Position numbers and translations under genes: made by a program
IMG/VR virus record: IMGVR_UViG_3300032373_001167
Span: 1-33,883 of that record
Strand: one strand, 5' to 3'
Origin: a virus
Taxonomy: Duplodnaviria; Caudoviricetes
Length of the DNA: 33,883 nucleotides
The notes under the pieces: generated by a model
Seen by the model: the letters and a program-made list of their open reading frames with translations, nothing else
The model's database searches: none
Told to the model about the DNA's origin: nothing
Part shown: positions 33,346-33,883 of the stretch, one piece after another
How the letters are laid out: every line of letters begins with the position of its first letter
How positions within the stretch are numbered: position 1 is the stretch's first letter

Positions 33346-33883
33346 GTTTCGACGCCTCCATATAAGGAAGCCGCGTCAGGCCATAATCCTTGAGCAGGCT
33401 CAGGATACCGGGGATGACCCGCAGCCGATGAAAACGCTGTTCAACCGCGATCCGGGGACGGCCCAATTGCGCCGCGATGTCGGTGAAATTGCACCGCTGT
33501 TGGCGCGCCACCATGATCTGATGGTCCTCGCAGGGTGACCAATGTGGATGCGCGATGGCCGCGATACCGGCGGGGAAAACCGGGGCGTTCCGGTGTGCCG
33601 GTTTTGCGGGCCTTTGGGCTGGGGTTTGTGGCGTGGCCACCACAACCGGTGGCCGAAGGGCACAAATGCGCTTTTGGGCGCTTTTCGCCACCTTTCGTTC
33701 GCCGCCCTCACGCCTCATGCGCTGTGTAATTGCCGACCCTGACACCCCCAGTGCCCGCGCTGCCGCAGCCCGTGAGGCATAGTGCACGCCGTCGATCACC
33801 GTGGGCCTGAGCCTGAGATCGGTTGACACCGCAATATCCCCGGTTGCGCCCTGTATCGCTGCGCGCTTCTTGTGCCTGCTGAT
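33338..33883 (-). CDS. NUMOD1-like plus Myb/GcrA-like HTH protein, probably 5'-truncated by the window edge
   Basis: IDGVHYASRAAAARALGVS and WSPCEDHQI...IAAQLGRPRIAVEQRFHRL motifs; the frame stays open to the window end. Confidence 0.65.
   Translation of the reverse strand: MSRHKKRAAIQGATGDIAVSTDLRLRPTVIDGVHYASRAAAARALGVSGSAITQRMRREGGERKVAKSAQKRICALRPPVVVATPQTPAQRPAKPAHRNAPVFPAGIAAIAHPHWSPCEDHQIMVARQQRCNFTDIAAQLGRPRIAVEQRFHRLRVIPGILSLLKDYGLTRLPYMEASKHG

Larger units (their letters stand above)
2279..33883 (-). mobile_element. Prophage with a lambda-like cos/head module and a P2-like contractile tail. The integrase/repressor end lies beyond the right edge; 1-2012 may be terminal cargo.
   Basis: Continuous co-oriented replication, antitermination, packaging, head, baseplate, sheath/tube, tape measure and lysis genes, with many ATGA/TGATG overlaps. 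No att sites visible. Confidence 0.95.

Overview
This window is most of a temperate prophage, probably from a GC-rich alphaproteobacterium (Rhodobacteraceae-like, inferred from gene content and composition). It is encoded almost entirely on the minus strand. In transcription order (right to left) it contains: (1) early accessory genes (NUMOD1-like repeat proteins, an MmcB-like nuclease, ASCH, Zn-finger and HD hydrolase genes); (2) a two-gene replication module around an iteron-rich origin; (3) a NusG-family antiterminator, followed by a structured late leader with two terminators and a tRNA-like element; (4) a gpZ-like gene, a lambda-type cos site and lambda-type head genes; (5) a P2-type contractile tail with a -1 frameshifted chaperone; (6) a lysis cassette interrupted by a D12 adenine methyltransferase with a structured leader. 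Two small plus-strand cargo genes (morons) sit inside the tail operon. The far left (1-2012) is a lower-GC three-gene cargo operon: a HigB/RelE toxin, a HigA-HTH/ImmA metallopeptidase fusion and an unknown 156-aa protein, with a palindromic operator. The best candidates for undescribed biology are this three-gene toxin/peptidase operon, the tRNA-like ncRNA and repeated motifs in the late leader, and the methylase leader RNA. All family calls come from motif recognition and synteny only; no database searches were run.
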